Source: Thermoplasmatota archaeon (GTDB lineage: Archaea > Thermoplasmatota > Thermoplasmata > UBA10834). From it: a stretch of DNA of 64,000 nt. Shown one piece after another: positions 37,855-49,679 of this stretch. The stretch spans positions 128,001 through 192,000 of the forward strand of contig JBFMHR010000005.1 in the NCBI GenBank assembly GCA_040751795.1, read 5' to 3'. Position 1 is the stretch's first letter. Every line of letters starts with the position of its first letter. The position numbers were made by a program, and so were the translations under genes. The notes under the pieces were generated by a model. That model saw nothing but the letters and a program-made list of their open reading frames with translations, was not told where the DNA came from and searched no databases.

Positions 37855-39069
37855 TCAGCGGAGCGCCTTCGCGTATTCCCCGGCCATGGCCCTCGCGTGC
37901 GCGAGGTGTGAGTGGTGCGCGGCGACGTACTCCCTGGCGGCCCTGCCCAGCGCATCCGCCATGGCCCTGTCGTCCGCCAGCGACCCGATGGCCGACGCTA
38001 TCGCCCCGGGGTCCGCCTCGGGCACGACGAGGCCCGTCCCGCCGTGCCTGACGGTCTCCTTGAGGCCGCCGATGCCCGTGACCACGACGGGGAGCCCTGC
38101 CGCCATGCCCTCGAGCATCGAGAGCGAAGTTGCCTCCTGGACCCCGGCGGACGACACAGAGGGGATCAGCACCGCGTCGCTCGCCGCGTAGAACCGTGCG
38201 ATCCTCTCGTGCGGGACCGTCCCCTCCATGACGACCCTGCCCTGCAGCCCCAGGTCGCGGACGAGCCCCTCTATGCCCGCCCTCTCGGGCCCGTCCCCCG
38301 CGAGCACCAGGCGGATGTCCTTGCCTTCCTTGCCGATCAGGCCCGCGGCCCTCACGGCGTGGTCCACGCCGTTCTTCACCACGAGCCTCCTCGGGCACAG
38401 GACGACCGTCGCCGGGCCCTCGAGGCCCAGAGCGCGCCGCGCCTCCGCCTTCTCCTCCGCCGTCGCAGGCCTGAACGCCTCCGTGTCGACGGCGTTGGGG
38501 AGCACGGCGGCCCGCTCGCCGGGCACCTCGGCCATGCCGAGGACGTAGTCCCTGATCCTCGAGTCGACGCAGACGATCCTGTCGGCCCGCTCGTAGACGC
38601 CCTTCTCGAGAGCCATGGACCTCTCGTATGCGGGGGACCCCTCCCTCAGCTCGCGGCTGCTGGAGGCCTCCCGCGTGAAGTACCCGTGGAGCGTGAGCAC
38701 GGCGGGGGCGTCCTCGGCGCGCCTGCCCAGCTCCGACCATGCGTCCCTCGCCGCCGGGACGTCGTGCGGGTTCACCACGTCCGAGCCGAGCCCCGCCCTG
38801 GCCAGCTGCCTGAGGAGCTGGGCCGAGTACTGGGACATGTAGTGCTCGTACCTCCGCTCGCGCTCCCCCATGCGGCGCCTTATGATGAGTCCGGAGAGGT
38901 CCCTCCTCAGCCTGAAGAGCGCCGTCTCCCTGGCGCAGACGAGCTCCGGGGAGACGCCTGCCGCGGAGAGCCCCTTCATCAGGAGCCTTATGTGGGTGGT
39001 CTTGCCCCCGGCGCCGCCCCTCTTCCAGGGGTCGTCCGTGGACACGATGGAAACGCTCTCGAGAGCCAT
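37855..39069 (-). CDS. Glycosyltransferase family 4
   Basis: TLHG, PNAVD, RRLVVKNG and EATSLSMLEGMAAG motifs. Confidence 0.88.
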   Translation of the reverse strand: MALESVSIVSTDDPWKRGGAGGKTTHIRLLMKGLSAAGVSPELVCARETALFRLRRDLSGLIIRRRMGERERRYEHYMSQYSAQLLRQLARAGLGSDVVNPHDVPAARDAWSELGRRAEDAPAVLTLHGYFTREASSSRELREGSPAYERSMALEKGVYERADRIVCVDSRIRDYVLGMAEVPGERAAVLPNAVDTEAFRPATAEEKAEARRALGLEGPATVVLCPRRLVVKNGVDHAVRAAGLIGKEGKDIRLVLAGDGPERAGIEGLVRDLGLQGRVVMEGTVPHERIARFYAASDAVLIPSVSSAGVQEATSLSMLEGMAAGLPVVVTGIGGLKETVRHGGTGLVVPEADPGAIASAIGSLADDRAMADALGRAAREYVAAHHSHLAHARAMAGEYAKALR

Positions 39070-39192
39070 GCCGTCCCTCCGCTCCGCGGCCCCGGGCTAG
39101 GGCGTCTGGCGTGATTATCCTTTCCCCCGGGCGTGGAAAAGGTCTATGATGCCGTACGCCTCTGTCGCGGACGGTCGTCGGAGGACTCTGGG

Positions 39193-41182
<1,990 letters not shown>

Positions 41183-41191
41183 ACAGCGCCA

Positions 41192-42421
41192 CTACCTCGA
41201 GACCTTGTTGACCGCCTTCGCGAACGCGTCGGCGACGTGCTCCATGTCCTCCCGCGTGAGGTACTGGTGGCAGCCGATGTAGAACCCGTTGGCGCCGGCG
41301 TACTCGGCGTTGGGCAGCTTCCCCTGGTACCTCTTCCTCAGGTGGGCGTAGGCGGGCTGGTGGATGGGGATGCAGCCGAAGAGGGGCCTCGTCTCCACGC
41401 CCTCGGCCTCGAGGGCGAGCTGCAGCCTCTCCCTGTTGAGCGTCCCCGGGTCCCTGATCACGAGCGGGTACCCCAGGTAGCTCACGTCGTCGGAGTAGAG
41501 CGGCAGCCTCAGGACGGACGAGTGCCTGGAGAGGAGGTCGTTCAGCACCTTCACGTTCGCCCTCCTCTTCCTGGCGATCTCGTTGTCCCTCAGGGTGTGC
41601 GCCTCCAGCTGGGCGTTCGCGATCGCGGCCGAGAACTCCGTCGTCTTGAAGTTGTACCCCACCTCGTCGTGGAGGAACCTGGGGTCCCAGTCCCGCTTCC
41701 CATCGCGGAACTTAGGGCACTTCCCATCGGGCCTGGTGCACACGGCGCAGTCGCAGACGCGGCCGTTCGCCTTGATCTTCCTGACGCGCCTCGCCACCTC
41801 GCGGTCGTCGGTGCAGACAGCCCCCAGCTCCCCCGCCTGGATGTTGTGCGCTATGTAGAACGAGAAGGACGATGCGTGCCCCCAGGACCCTGCCGGGCTC
41901 TCCCCGCGGTACGATCCGTGGGCCTGGGAGGCGTCTTCGAACAGCTCCAGATCCCGCCTATTGGCGATGGAGCGGAACCGGGGCATGTCGCACATGTACC
42001 CCATCAGGTGGACCGGCACCACCATTCCGGACTGGTCCCCCTTCGACTCGAGTGCCTCCTCCACGCGGTCCGGGTGGAGCGAGAAGGTCTCGGGCTCGAC
42101 ATCCGCGAACAGCGGCTCCATCCCGGACAGGACTATGGCGTTCGCCGTCGCGGCGTAGGTCAGCGGCGTGGTGACGGCCCAGTCTACCCCGTCGCCGCCC
42201 TCCTCCCTGATCCTCCTGAGGGCCACCATGCCCGCGATCAGGGCGGAGGTGCCGGAGTTCAGGGCGACGCAGTGGGAGGTCCCCACGAACGCGCTGAAGG
42301 CGTTCTCGAAGGCCCGGGTCTCCCTCCCCTCCGAGACGCGCCCGGAGTCCAGCACCCTGAGGACGGCCTTCCTCATCCCGTCATCCACCTCGAAATGGCC
42401 GACGCTCACCCTGCGCTTCAT
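41192..42421 (-). CDS. DegT/DnrJ/EryC1/StrS-fold PLP/PMP enzyme with His in place of the Schiff-base Lys; candidate sugar 3-dehydrase
   Basis: NSGTSAL, PVHLMG, EDASQAHG, SFYIAHNI (Lys position is His), GRVCDCAVC...C, GYN. Confidence 0.85.
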   Translation of the reverse strand: MKRRVSVGHFEVDDGMRKAVLRVLDSGRVSEGRETRAFENAFSAFVGTSHCVALNSGTSALIAGMVALRRIREEGGDGVDWAVTTPLTYAATANAIVLSGMEPLFADVEPETFSLHPDRVEEALESKGDQSGMVVPVHLMGYMCDMPRFRSIANRRDLELFEDASQAHGSYRGESPAGSWGHASSFSFYIAHNIQAGELGAVCTDDREVARRVRKIKANGRVCDCAVCTRPDGKCPKFRDGKRDWDPRFLHDEVGYNFKTTEFSAAIANAQLEAHTLRDNEIARKRRANVKVLNDLLSRHSSVLRLPLYSDDVSYLGYPLVIRDPGTLNRERLQLALEAEGVETRPLFGCIPIHQPAYAHLRKRYQGKLPNAEYAGANGFYIGCHQYLTREDMEHVADAFAKAVNKVSR

Positions 42422-42664
42422 GCGACCGCCTGAGGGAAGGCCTAGCCCGGCTATAGCGCTTTCTGGGCGCCTGCGCCCCCGTCCCTAGGGGGCGGTTCTT
42501 TACGGTTATAACGGCCTTAAGGTCGAGGCTATATATATCTCGAAATCCTTCATTACCTAAGCCGAGCCGGAGCAGTCCTACGGAGCGCACCCCTGTTGGC
42601 GCGGAGGTTCGCGCGCCCGCGCGGGTGCGAGGGCGGACCCGGTGTCGGCCGGATACCCCCATCC

Positions 42665-45604
42665 ATGAGCACCGACCCAACCGAGGAGCTCAGCTGTCCT
42701 CATTGCGGATGCCGAGTACCAGGGCGGGAGGGCAACTGCCCCGAGTGCGGGCGCAAGTTGACTGAGGACGCACAGCTGAGGTGCCCTTACTGCAAGAACG
42801 GCGTGCAGTCCACCGACTCGACGTGCTCGGTCTGCGGGATGTCCCTCCCGAGGCTGTCGGGCGGCGCCGCCCCCGGGGCGAAGGGGGAGAGGCCGAAGGG
42901 GCAGCCCAAGAAGGCCGGGAAGGGGAAGCAGAAGAAGCCAGCGGCCGCTGACGATCCGCCCGCGGACGGGGCGCCCGGGGAGGATCTCTCGCTCTGCCCG
43001 GTCTGCAGGACGAAGATCAGGAAGACCGACAGGGCCTGCGGCACCTGCGGCGCCGAGTTCGAGGCCGATGAGAACGGCAGGGGCGAGAAGGGGCCGGAGA
43101 AGGAGGCCGCGCCCCAGGCCGACGGCGGCCCGTCCCAGGAGGAGCTGGCCGACTGCCCCATGTGCGGCGCGCTGGTGTCCATCGCCGACCCGAAGTGCCC
43201 CAAGTGCGGCGCGGAGTTCGAGCCCGAGGCCCCGGTCGAGGTCCATGTCAAGTCCATCAGGCCGGTGCCCAAGGGCGCCGGTGGCGAGGCGGCGTGCCCG
43301 ATATGCGAGTCGACGGTGAGCACGGCCGACAGATCGTGCCCGTTCTGCGGAGCGGAGTTCGAGGCCGAGGGGGAGGCCGCCTCGGTGATGGCGTGGCCAG
43401 CCCCGGAGGGCCAGCCCGCCCAGGCGCCCGCCGCCGACGACGTGTCGTGCCCGGTCTGCGCCCGCATAGTCGGCTCCGAGGTCACATCATGCCCCTTCTG
43501 CGGCGCGGAGTTCGAGGAGGAGGCCCCGACGGCCCCGGCCGGCTTCGTACCCAACTACGGGCCCGAGCTGGCGGACGACGAGGTCCTGTGCCCCGTGTGC
43601 GGCAACAGGGTCGGGGGCGAGGTCCCGGCCTGCCCGTACTGCAACGCGCAGTTCGAGGAGGGCGAGGTCGAGGAGGTCGCCGCGCCCGCATCGCCGGGGA
43701 TACTCAGGCCAGCTTCGGCCCGCGCGGGGGACACCAGGCGGGGCATATCCAACGGCACCAGCGCCATCAACGGCGTCAGCCTCGTGAACGGCGTCGGCCA
43801 GGCGGCCGGCCCCAGCAGGATCAACGGGACGGGCGCCACGAACGGCATGGACCTCATCAACGGGAGGGGCGTGTCCAACGGCGTCGGCGCCATAAACGGC
43901 AGGAGGCCCAACGGCTCGAGGAGGCGGCAGGCCGCCTTCCTGAAGAGGTGGCAGCTCCTGGTGATATTCATCGTCTTCGCGCTCGCGCTCCCGGCGGTGC
44001 TGTTCTTCACGTTCGACAGGGACGAGGCCCCGTTCACGGTGGACGGCGGCTTCGACGACTGGGAGGACGTGGCGAGGCTCACATCGCTCGCAGAGGCGGA
44101 GTCGCCCTCGATCAACGTGGTCGAGTGGTCCATAGCCGTGCACGCCAGCACGGTGTACCTCTACCTCGAGACCGAGGCCCCCACGATGGCGGGGGAACGG
44201 GTCGAGGGCTTCGTCCTGTTCATTGACACGGACGGCTCCGCCGACACGGGGTACGACCTCGCGGACATAGGCGCGGACGTCATGGTCGAGCTCCAGGGCT
44301 GGAACGGCTCCGCGGAGGTCTCCGTGTGCTCGATATACGACGACTCCGAGGACCGGCTGGACTGGAACTCGTGGAGGCCCTGCGGCGGGGTGGTGTCGTC
44401 CGTGGACGGCCAGAGGCTCGAGGCGTCCGCGAAGGTCCCCCTGGCCGTGAACGGCACATCGGAGGTCGTCCTGGTCTCGATGGACGAGGACGGGGCCGGC
44501 TGCCAGAGCTGCGCCGTGCCGATAGAGGGCAGCGTCCTGCTGGTGGAGCAGTCCCCGTCGGAGGACCTGGCCGAGGACGGCGTCCTCGACTACGGGGCCG
44601 AGGTCCTCGTGTCGACCCTCACATTCACATGCCTCCGCGAGGCGGGCACCGTCGAATCGGTGTCGCCGGAGCTCGCGGGCGTCCCCCTGCTGGAGGGGAT
44701 CGAGCCCTTCGCGCTGGAGCCCGGTCTGGAGGTGGAGGTCGAGCTGTGGGTCGACGCCACGTCCCTCACCGCGGGCGACCTCGTCTCCGCCGAGCTGACG
44801 GCCGAGGGCGTCCAGTCTTCCTTCTCCTATGTGCAGGTGACCGGGAAGGGCACCAGGGCCTACGCGTACGCCCCGCCCGCCGGGATATCGGTGGACGGAG
44901 CCTTCGCCGACTGGACGGGCCTGACGGTCGCGGACGTCGACGAGGAGCCCGTCGAGAACCCGGACATCGACATAGGCGAGGTGGGCGGCTTCAACGACAC
45001 CGCGGCCTCTTACTTCTACGTGGGCGTGGAGGGCGGGCTCTTCATGGGCGCATACTTCCCCGAGTCGTGCTCCAAGCCGGGCGAGGGCGGCGGGAACGGG
45101 ACGGTCGTGCCCGTGAGGAGGACCGGGGAGGACCTGATGACGATCTACGTCGACACCGACAGGGACGCCTCCACGGGCCTCAGGGTGGGGACGGGCCCGG
45201 CGTCGGTGGGCGCCGAGATGATGGTCGAGGTCACGGGCCTGATGGGCGAGGTCAAGGCCTCTTCGCTGAGCGAGTACGCGGACGGCGAGTGGGCCGAGGT
45301 CCCCGCCGACATCGACGTGGGCACGGACGCGGCCAGGATGGAGATAGGCATAGGCGCCGACGACCTGGGCGCGCCGGGCGAGGTGGACTTCCTTGTCATC
45401 ACGACCGACTGGAGGAAGTCGCAGGACCTCGCGGTGTTCATCGCGTCGGAGGCGACGGCGGGCAGGTCGCTCGACCTGCCTGGCACGGACTACTACTTCC
45501 CGGGGCCGATGACCGAGGACATGCCGGAGTTCGGAAATCTCGTTCTGCCAGTCATCTTCGTGATGCTGTTCTTCGTGCTCTTGAGCAGACGTATTCGGAA
45601 ATAA
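42665..45604 (+). CDS. Multidomain membrane protein: 7 zinc ribbons, NG hexapeptide repeats, TM helix, two related extracellular beta domains, C-terminal PEF-CTERM-like sorting signal
   Basis: Seven CxxC-x10-CxxC units; SNG/ING/VNG/TNG repeats; WQLLVIFIVFALAL TM; VDG.F.DW twice; ends MPEFGNLVLPVIFVMLFFVLLSRRIRK. TATATATA at about 42529-42538. Confidence 0.85.
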   Translation: MSTDPTEELSCPHCGCRVPGREGNCPECGRKLTEDAQLRCPYCKNGVQSTDSTCSVCGMSLPRLSGGAAPGAKGERPKGQPKKAGKGKQKKPAAADDPPADGAPGEDLSLCPVCRTKIRKTDRACGTCGAEFEADENGRGEKGPEKEAAPQADGGPSQEELADCPMCGALVSIADPKCPKCGAEFEPEAPVEVHVKSIRPVPKGAGGEAACPICESTVSTADRSCPFCGAEFEAEGEAASVMAWPAPEGQPAQAPAADDVSCPVCARIVGSEVTSCPFCGAEFEEEAPTAPAGFVPNYGPELADDEVLCPVCGNRVGGEVPACPYCNAQFEEGEVEEVAAPASPGILRPASARAGDTRRGISNGTSAINGVSLVNGVGQAAGPSRINGTGATNGMDLINGRGVSNGVGAINGRRPNGSRRRQAAFLKRWQLLVIFIVFALALPAVLFFTFDRDEAPFTVDGGFDDWEDVARLTSLAEAESPSINVVEWSIAVHASTVYLYLETEAPTMAGERVEGFVLFIDTDGSADTGYDLADIGADVMVELQGWNGSAEVSVCSIYDDSEDRLDWNSWRPCGGVVSSVDGQRLEASAKVPLAVNGTSEVVLVSMDEDGAGCQSCAVPIEGSVLLVEQSPSEDLAEDGVLDYGAEVLVSTLTFTCLREAGTVESVSPELAGVPLLEGIEPFALEPGLEVEVELWVDATSLTAGDLVSAELTAEGVQSSFSYVQVTGKGTRAYAYAPPAGISVDGAFADWTGLTVADVDEEPVENPDIDIGEVGGFNDTAASYFYVGVEGGLFMGAYFPESCSKPGEGGGNGTVVPVRRTGEDLMTIYVDTDRDASTGLRVGTGPASVGAEMMVEVTGLMGEVKASSLSEYADGEWAEVPADIDVGTDAARMEIGIGADDLGAPGEVDFLVITTDWRKSQDLAVFIASEATAGRSLDLPGTDYYFPGPMTEDMPEFGNLVLPVIFVMLFFVLLSRRIRK
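42692..43660 (+). repeat. Intragenic tandem zinc-ribbon repeats (CPxC..CPxCGAEFE)
   Basis: Seven units; DNA-level repeat TGCGGnGCsGAGTTCGAG near 43047, 43205, 43346 and 43499. Confidence 0.85.
43741..43915 (+). repeat. Intragenic xxNG hexapeptide repeats
   Basis: GISNGTSAINGVSLVNG...INGTGATNGMDLINGRGVSNGVGAINGRRPNG; AACGG recurs, mostly every 18 nt. Confidence 0.8.
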
Positions 45605-46119
45605 TGCCGATTCTCCCGTCCCACCCAGAACAATAGCAGGTCACGCTCAGATGCATGTGTTGATGTCACGGACTTGCGCCTGTCAGAAACCGCATCGGAC
45701 CCTTGTGAGTGACAGAATTGCAGATGCCTAGTGCAATCATTCTGTGAGTGTGCTGCATGAAGTGGGGAAGGGTCTTCTCTCATTCATACAACCCCTTCTC
45801 TTGATTGCCAGATTCGAAATCCACAGGCCGTGATTGGACTGAGTGCGTTCCCCTGTATTGGTTGCAGGGGGAATTCGTGGATTAGCTCGGCCCAGTATGG
45901 TCGGACTGACTTCTCTCTGCATTGACCAGATGCTCAGGAGCCCTCTATGCACGGAGAATGAGGGTGAATGACCGGTGACTGCACCTAGCGCACACAGACG
46001 AGTGCGATTAGGTACAGCTTCCCGGGTCGCTCGTACGCCTTCAATCAAGCGTCTTCTTGATAGGTTCCTTTCCATGGAGCTGAATAAGAAATCATCATAT
46101 CGTGAAAGGGCGTACGGTG

Positions 46120-47367
46120 ATGAAGTCTATGGGCGCGTCATTCCTTCAAGCGTGCAGTCGCATTCTCAGGGTATTTGCTGGCCCCCTGCACCGCAATACC
46201 TTCTACATCGCAACCAGCAAGTTGTTGAATACAGGTGCTGGGTTCGTATTCTGGGTTCTCGCGGCTAGATTCTATCAGATTGGCGAAGTAGGAATCGCCT
46301 CAGTCATGATTTCCACGTTGGGTCTGGTGATGATGTTCTCTCGTTTCGGGTTGGACTATTCAGTAGTCCGATTCCTGCCATGCGGGAACAAGACGAAGGT
46401 CTTCAACACATGCCTTTGGATTACCACGCTATCAGCTTTCATGTTCGCAGTCATCGGAGGAAGCCTATTGTCATTGATGTCCTCAGACACCACCATTCTG
46501 GCATCATTCGGAGCAATCATCATATTTGCTATGATTGCCACCGCGGAATCGATGGCGCTCGTGTCTGGCAATGCCCTCAACGGACTCAGGAAGTCCAGAG
46601 CGTATTTCCTCACGAACGCCTTCCTGATGTCTAGGATTCTGTGCCTATTTCTGCTTGTGGGAATTGGCGCTCTCGGAATAGTCGGATCTATCGGCATTGC
46701 CTACGCAATTACAGGAATCCTGTCGTTGATAGTCTTAAGCAGATACCTCCATCTGAAATTTGCCATCGACAGGGCTTTTCTCAGAGATTCCTTCAGATTC
46801 TCGTCAATGAACTATGTTGCTAATGTACTATTCAACGCGACTACCCTCACACTTCCAATCCTAGTCCTTGGCATGACTGATGAAACTGGCGCAGCATGGT
46901 ATTTCGTATCCTTCTCAGTGGCCGGCCTGTTGCTTGTCGTCCCGGATTCATTGAGTATGTCTGTGCTAGTCGAAGGCAGCCATGGCGTTAATCTGTCTAT
47001 ATGTGCTAAACAGGCAGCAACTACGGCAATGCTAGTTCTTATTCCTGCAAGTGCGTGCTTCTGGTTTTTCGGTCGGAATCTCCTTGCTTTGTTCGGGAAT
47101 CAGTATGTGGATGCCACTGAGCTCCTAAGGATACTTGCAGTCACCAGTCCACTTGTCGCGTTGTACTTGATCTACATATCGATCCAGAATGTCAGGTATC
47201 GAGTGATGAGCCTAGTCAAGACCAACTTGGCGAGATTCATTTCAATAATCACGTTGAGCTATATCCTGGTCGGGCAAATGGGCGTGATTGGCGTCGGGTA
47301 TGCTTGGTTGATTACTCATGTCGGATTGGCAGTCCTTGTCATGAGTGTCTTTAGACACAGAATCTAG
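46120..47367 (+). CDS. Wzx/MOP-superfamily oligosaccharide flippase
   Basis: About 12 TM segments; GFVFWVLAARFY..EVG, FGL...VRFLP and GVIGVGYAW motifs; start approximate. Confidence 0.85.
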   Translation: MKSMGASFLQACSRILRVFAGPLHRNTFYIATSKLLNTGAGFVFWVLAARFYQIGEVGIASVMISTLGLVMMFSRFGLDYSVVRFLPCGNKTKVFNTCLWITTLSAFMFAVIGGSLLSLMSSDTTILASFGAIIIFAMIATAESMALVSGNALNGLRKSRAYFLTNAFLMSRILCLFLLVGIGALGIVGSIGIAYAITGILSLIVLSRYLHLKFAIDRAFLRDSFRFSSMNYVANVLFNATTLTLPILVLGMTDETGAAWYFVSFSVAGLLLVVPDSLSMSVLVEGSHGVNLSICAKQAATTAMLVLIPASACFWFFGRNLLALFGNQYVDATELLRILAVTSPLVALYLIYISIQNVRYRVMSLVKTNLARFISIITLSYILVGQMGVIGVGYAWLITHVGLAVLVMSVFRHRI

Positions 47368-47564
47368 CACCGCGCTCACTTACCTTGATACCAGGAGAAT
47401 CAATCAACTGTCCGGAATGGATGCCATCGATTGACGCCACTCTGTTCGCATAGCTGTGGTGTCATGTGGTCGGGCAGGAGTGGCCCAAGGTTGCGAGATT
47501 GAATCCATGTCGGATGCTTTCATCCGATCATTGTCTCCAGCCATCATTTCTCATTATTCGTTAT

Positions 47565-49400
47565 CTATTGATTCGGAATCGCGTAGACATAGTACAGGTC
47601 GAATTCTCCGTTGCTGTAAATGGATGCCGCGTTAGTGCAATTCTCGAGCGCATAGAAGTCGTCAGCCACGAATCTATCTCTCGTCGTCCATACTTCGGTA
47701 TAGGCAGTGATGTCGTATTGGGTGACCAGCAGGTATCTGTCCCTGTCGAATTGCAGAACACTCTCTCCAAGATTGGAGAATCCAAAATGGTCCGGCACGA
47801 TGAAATTGCGCTGCAAATCTGGTCTGGCCTCTGTTGATTCATGGCCGAAGATCAAATCTGAGAACCGTTCAACCGGACTAGCGATATCCGCTGTAGTAAT
47901 AGTCCGATTCTTCTCCTCAATCAACCATTGCATACCCCAGATATCGGAGATACTGACTTGGTTGTTGGCGCTAGATGTGAACGGAGACGGATAAGCAGAA
48001 AAGATTGTCGCTACAGTAAGAATGGTGATAACGACAAGGACCGCTCTCGGCTTCCGTCTGAGCCTGACATGTTTTCGGACGCACTCGGGAGGTACAGAGT
48101 TGGCCGGAGATGAGAGCAGAACTGCGACAAGGGGCACGGTCAGCAAGATTACCCCATTGAGATTCAAGAGCCTGTGTAGAACGTGAGCTCTCGTGAGTAG
48201 CATGGCCGCTCCAAGGAGGAGGCTTCCTCCAATGATACAGGCTCCTATTGGCAAGAGCTTCATGAATTGGTCGGATTTGCGGCATCTTGATGACGATCTC
48301 ATGATTTGGAATATTGCCACTAGCGCCATCAGCATATAGACAATCTCATCTCCGAGCATCAGCAAGCTGGATACCGCAAAATCTGCCAATGAGAGGTTCG
48401 CGAGCAGGTCCTGTGTCTTGGAGAATGAGCTCGGTGAATCATTCATGCCAAGGGCCTGAGAAATGATAGATGCGGACAATTCTATGAGTCTGGGCGATTG
48501 AATCACCCAATATGCGAAAACGATCCCTCCAAAGAGGAGGACGAAGGTGAGGTTGCCTCTCCCACACTTCCATCCGTGGGCGAGTCTCCTGTGACTGGCG
48601 ACAATTATGATCAGGAAAGAAGCTGCCAGCATCGCGACGTATGGATGGTACAATGGAAGAATCACTACCCACAGAATCGCCAGAAATCTAAATAGTGCAC
48701 TCTCACTTCTTATGAGGAAGTAGATGAACAGAGGCAGAGTCATGGTTGCCAGGAACATGAAATATAGACTCGTGGCATACCCGGCGAAGAAGATTGGTGA
48801 CGCGGCCGCCAAGGATGAGAACAAATACGCCCTTCCTATTCCCATCGATTTGGCGATGCAGTAGATTGACAGCACGTAGACGACCATGAATAGACATGGC
48901 ACAAACGCGGATGCCACCACATCCGGCACTGCGGCGATTTGCGAGATCCCGGAGATTAGAATGGCTGGCAATGGATATGGGTTAGTTTCTGAGTAGTATC
49001 CAAGTGTTGTGACGTCTTTTGCCATGCCAATATATGTAGCAGAATCCCCCCTCCCCATGTATGCGAAGTATCCTCTGAACGAATGCAATGAGATGGTCAG
49101 GCAATTAGCGAGGATAATGAAGCACACGCCAATGAGCCAGAATGGTTTTCCCCCGCCAGAATTGCCTGTCACTATTAGTGCAATTCCCATTACATCCACA
49201 ATAATGACGGCGATCCAGAATAGCCACGGGGTGAATACATAGATTGATGATTCATATCCCGTAGCAGGTGCATGTATGGCCGCGGCGAGTCCCACGATGA
49301 GAAGCGAGAGGGCCGCCGCAGATGCAACGGCGGTCAGTCGGGTTCGGATTCTAGGCTCTCTCATGCAATATCTCAGTCTGTGAAGTCCGGACTCTGACAT
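47565..49400 (-). CDS. Polytopic membrane protein, putative GT-C/Wzy-like
   Basis: GYE.SIY, GRGD..TY.G, YP, YHP, W and C-terminal IYSNGEF motifs; start placed at ATG 49400. Confidence 0.6.
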   Translation of the reverse strand: MSESGLHRLRYCMREPRIRTRLTAVASAAALSLLIVGLAAAIHAPATGYESSIYVFTPWLFWIAVIIVDVMGIALIVTGNSGGGKPFWLIGVCFIILANCLTISLHSFRGYFAYMGRGDSATYIGMAKDVTTLGYYSETNPYPLPAILISGISQIAAVPDVVASAFVPCLFMVVYVLSIYCIAKSMGIGRAYLFSSLAAASPIFFAGYATSLYFMFLATMTLPLFIYFLIRSESALFRFLAILWVVILPLYHPYVAMLAASFLIIIVASHRRLAHGWKCGRGNLTFVLLFGGIVFAYWVIQSPRLIELSASIISQALGMNDSPSSFSKTQDLLANLSLADFAVSSLLMLGDEIVYMLMALVAIFQIMRSSSRCRKSDQFMKLLPIGACIIGGSLLLGAAMLLTRAHVLHRLLNLNGVILLTVPLVAVLLSSPANSVPPECVRKHVRLRRKPRAVLVVITILTVATIFSAYPSPFTSSANNQVSISDIWGMQWLIEEKNRTITTADIASPVERFSDLIFGHESTEARPDLQRNFIVPDHFGFSNLGESVLQFDRDRYLLVTQYDITAYTEVWTTRDRFVADDFYALENCTNAASIYSNGEFDLYYVYAIPNQ

Positions 49401-49679
49401 TGGCGCCCCCTTCTGGATTGTGCTGACAGGAAGATGATATTTCTCTTGCTCAGTCCCTGGTCTGCCCAGACTCCTCTGCCCAAGGATCGTATTCGATACG
49501 ATGTCATTGCTGTTCGAGTCGTCATGAATTCCGCTCGACGGGCTGAGAACGAGTCTCCCGTAGATATCACTTGTTGCCCGAGCTAGCCTCGGCATACTCG
49601 AGGTGGGTTGTTTCTGGATTTGGTTTTCGTGCATGCGTCATTATCGTCAGCATGCACTAGTTGCGGAGTGAATCAAGGT

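Noticed and set aside
41192-42421. Plain perosamine synthase call for the DegT-family gene next to gmd
   Set aside because: The catalytic Lys position is His, which does not fit a standard sugar aminotransferase.
42507-42523. TATAACGGCCTTAAGGT resembles the core of the I-CeuI site in 23S rRNA (15 of 17 positions)
   Set aside because: No flanking rRNA similarity; it lies in an AT-rich divergent promoter region, so it is most likely chance.
42692-43915. Periodic DNA repeats that could suggest a CRISPR array or DGR template/variable repeat
   Set aside because: The repeats are degenerate at third codon positions and encode zinc-ribbon and NG peptide repeats; no cas or reverse transcriptase gene is in the window.
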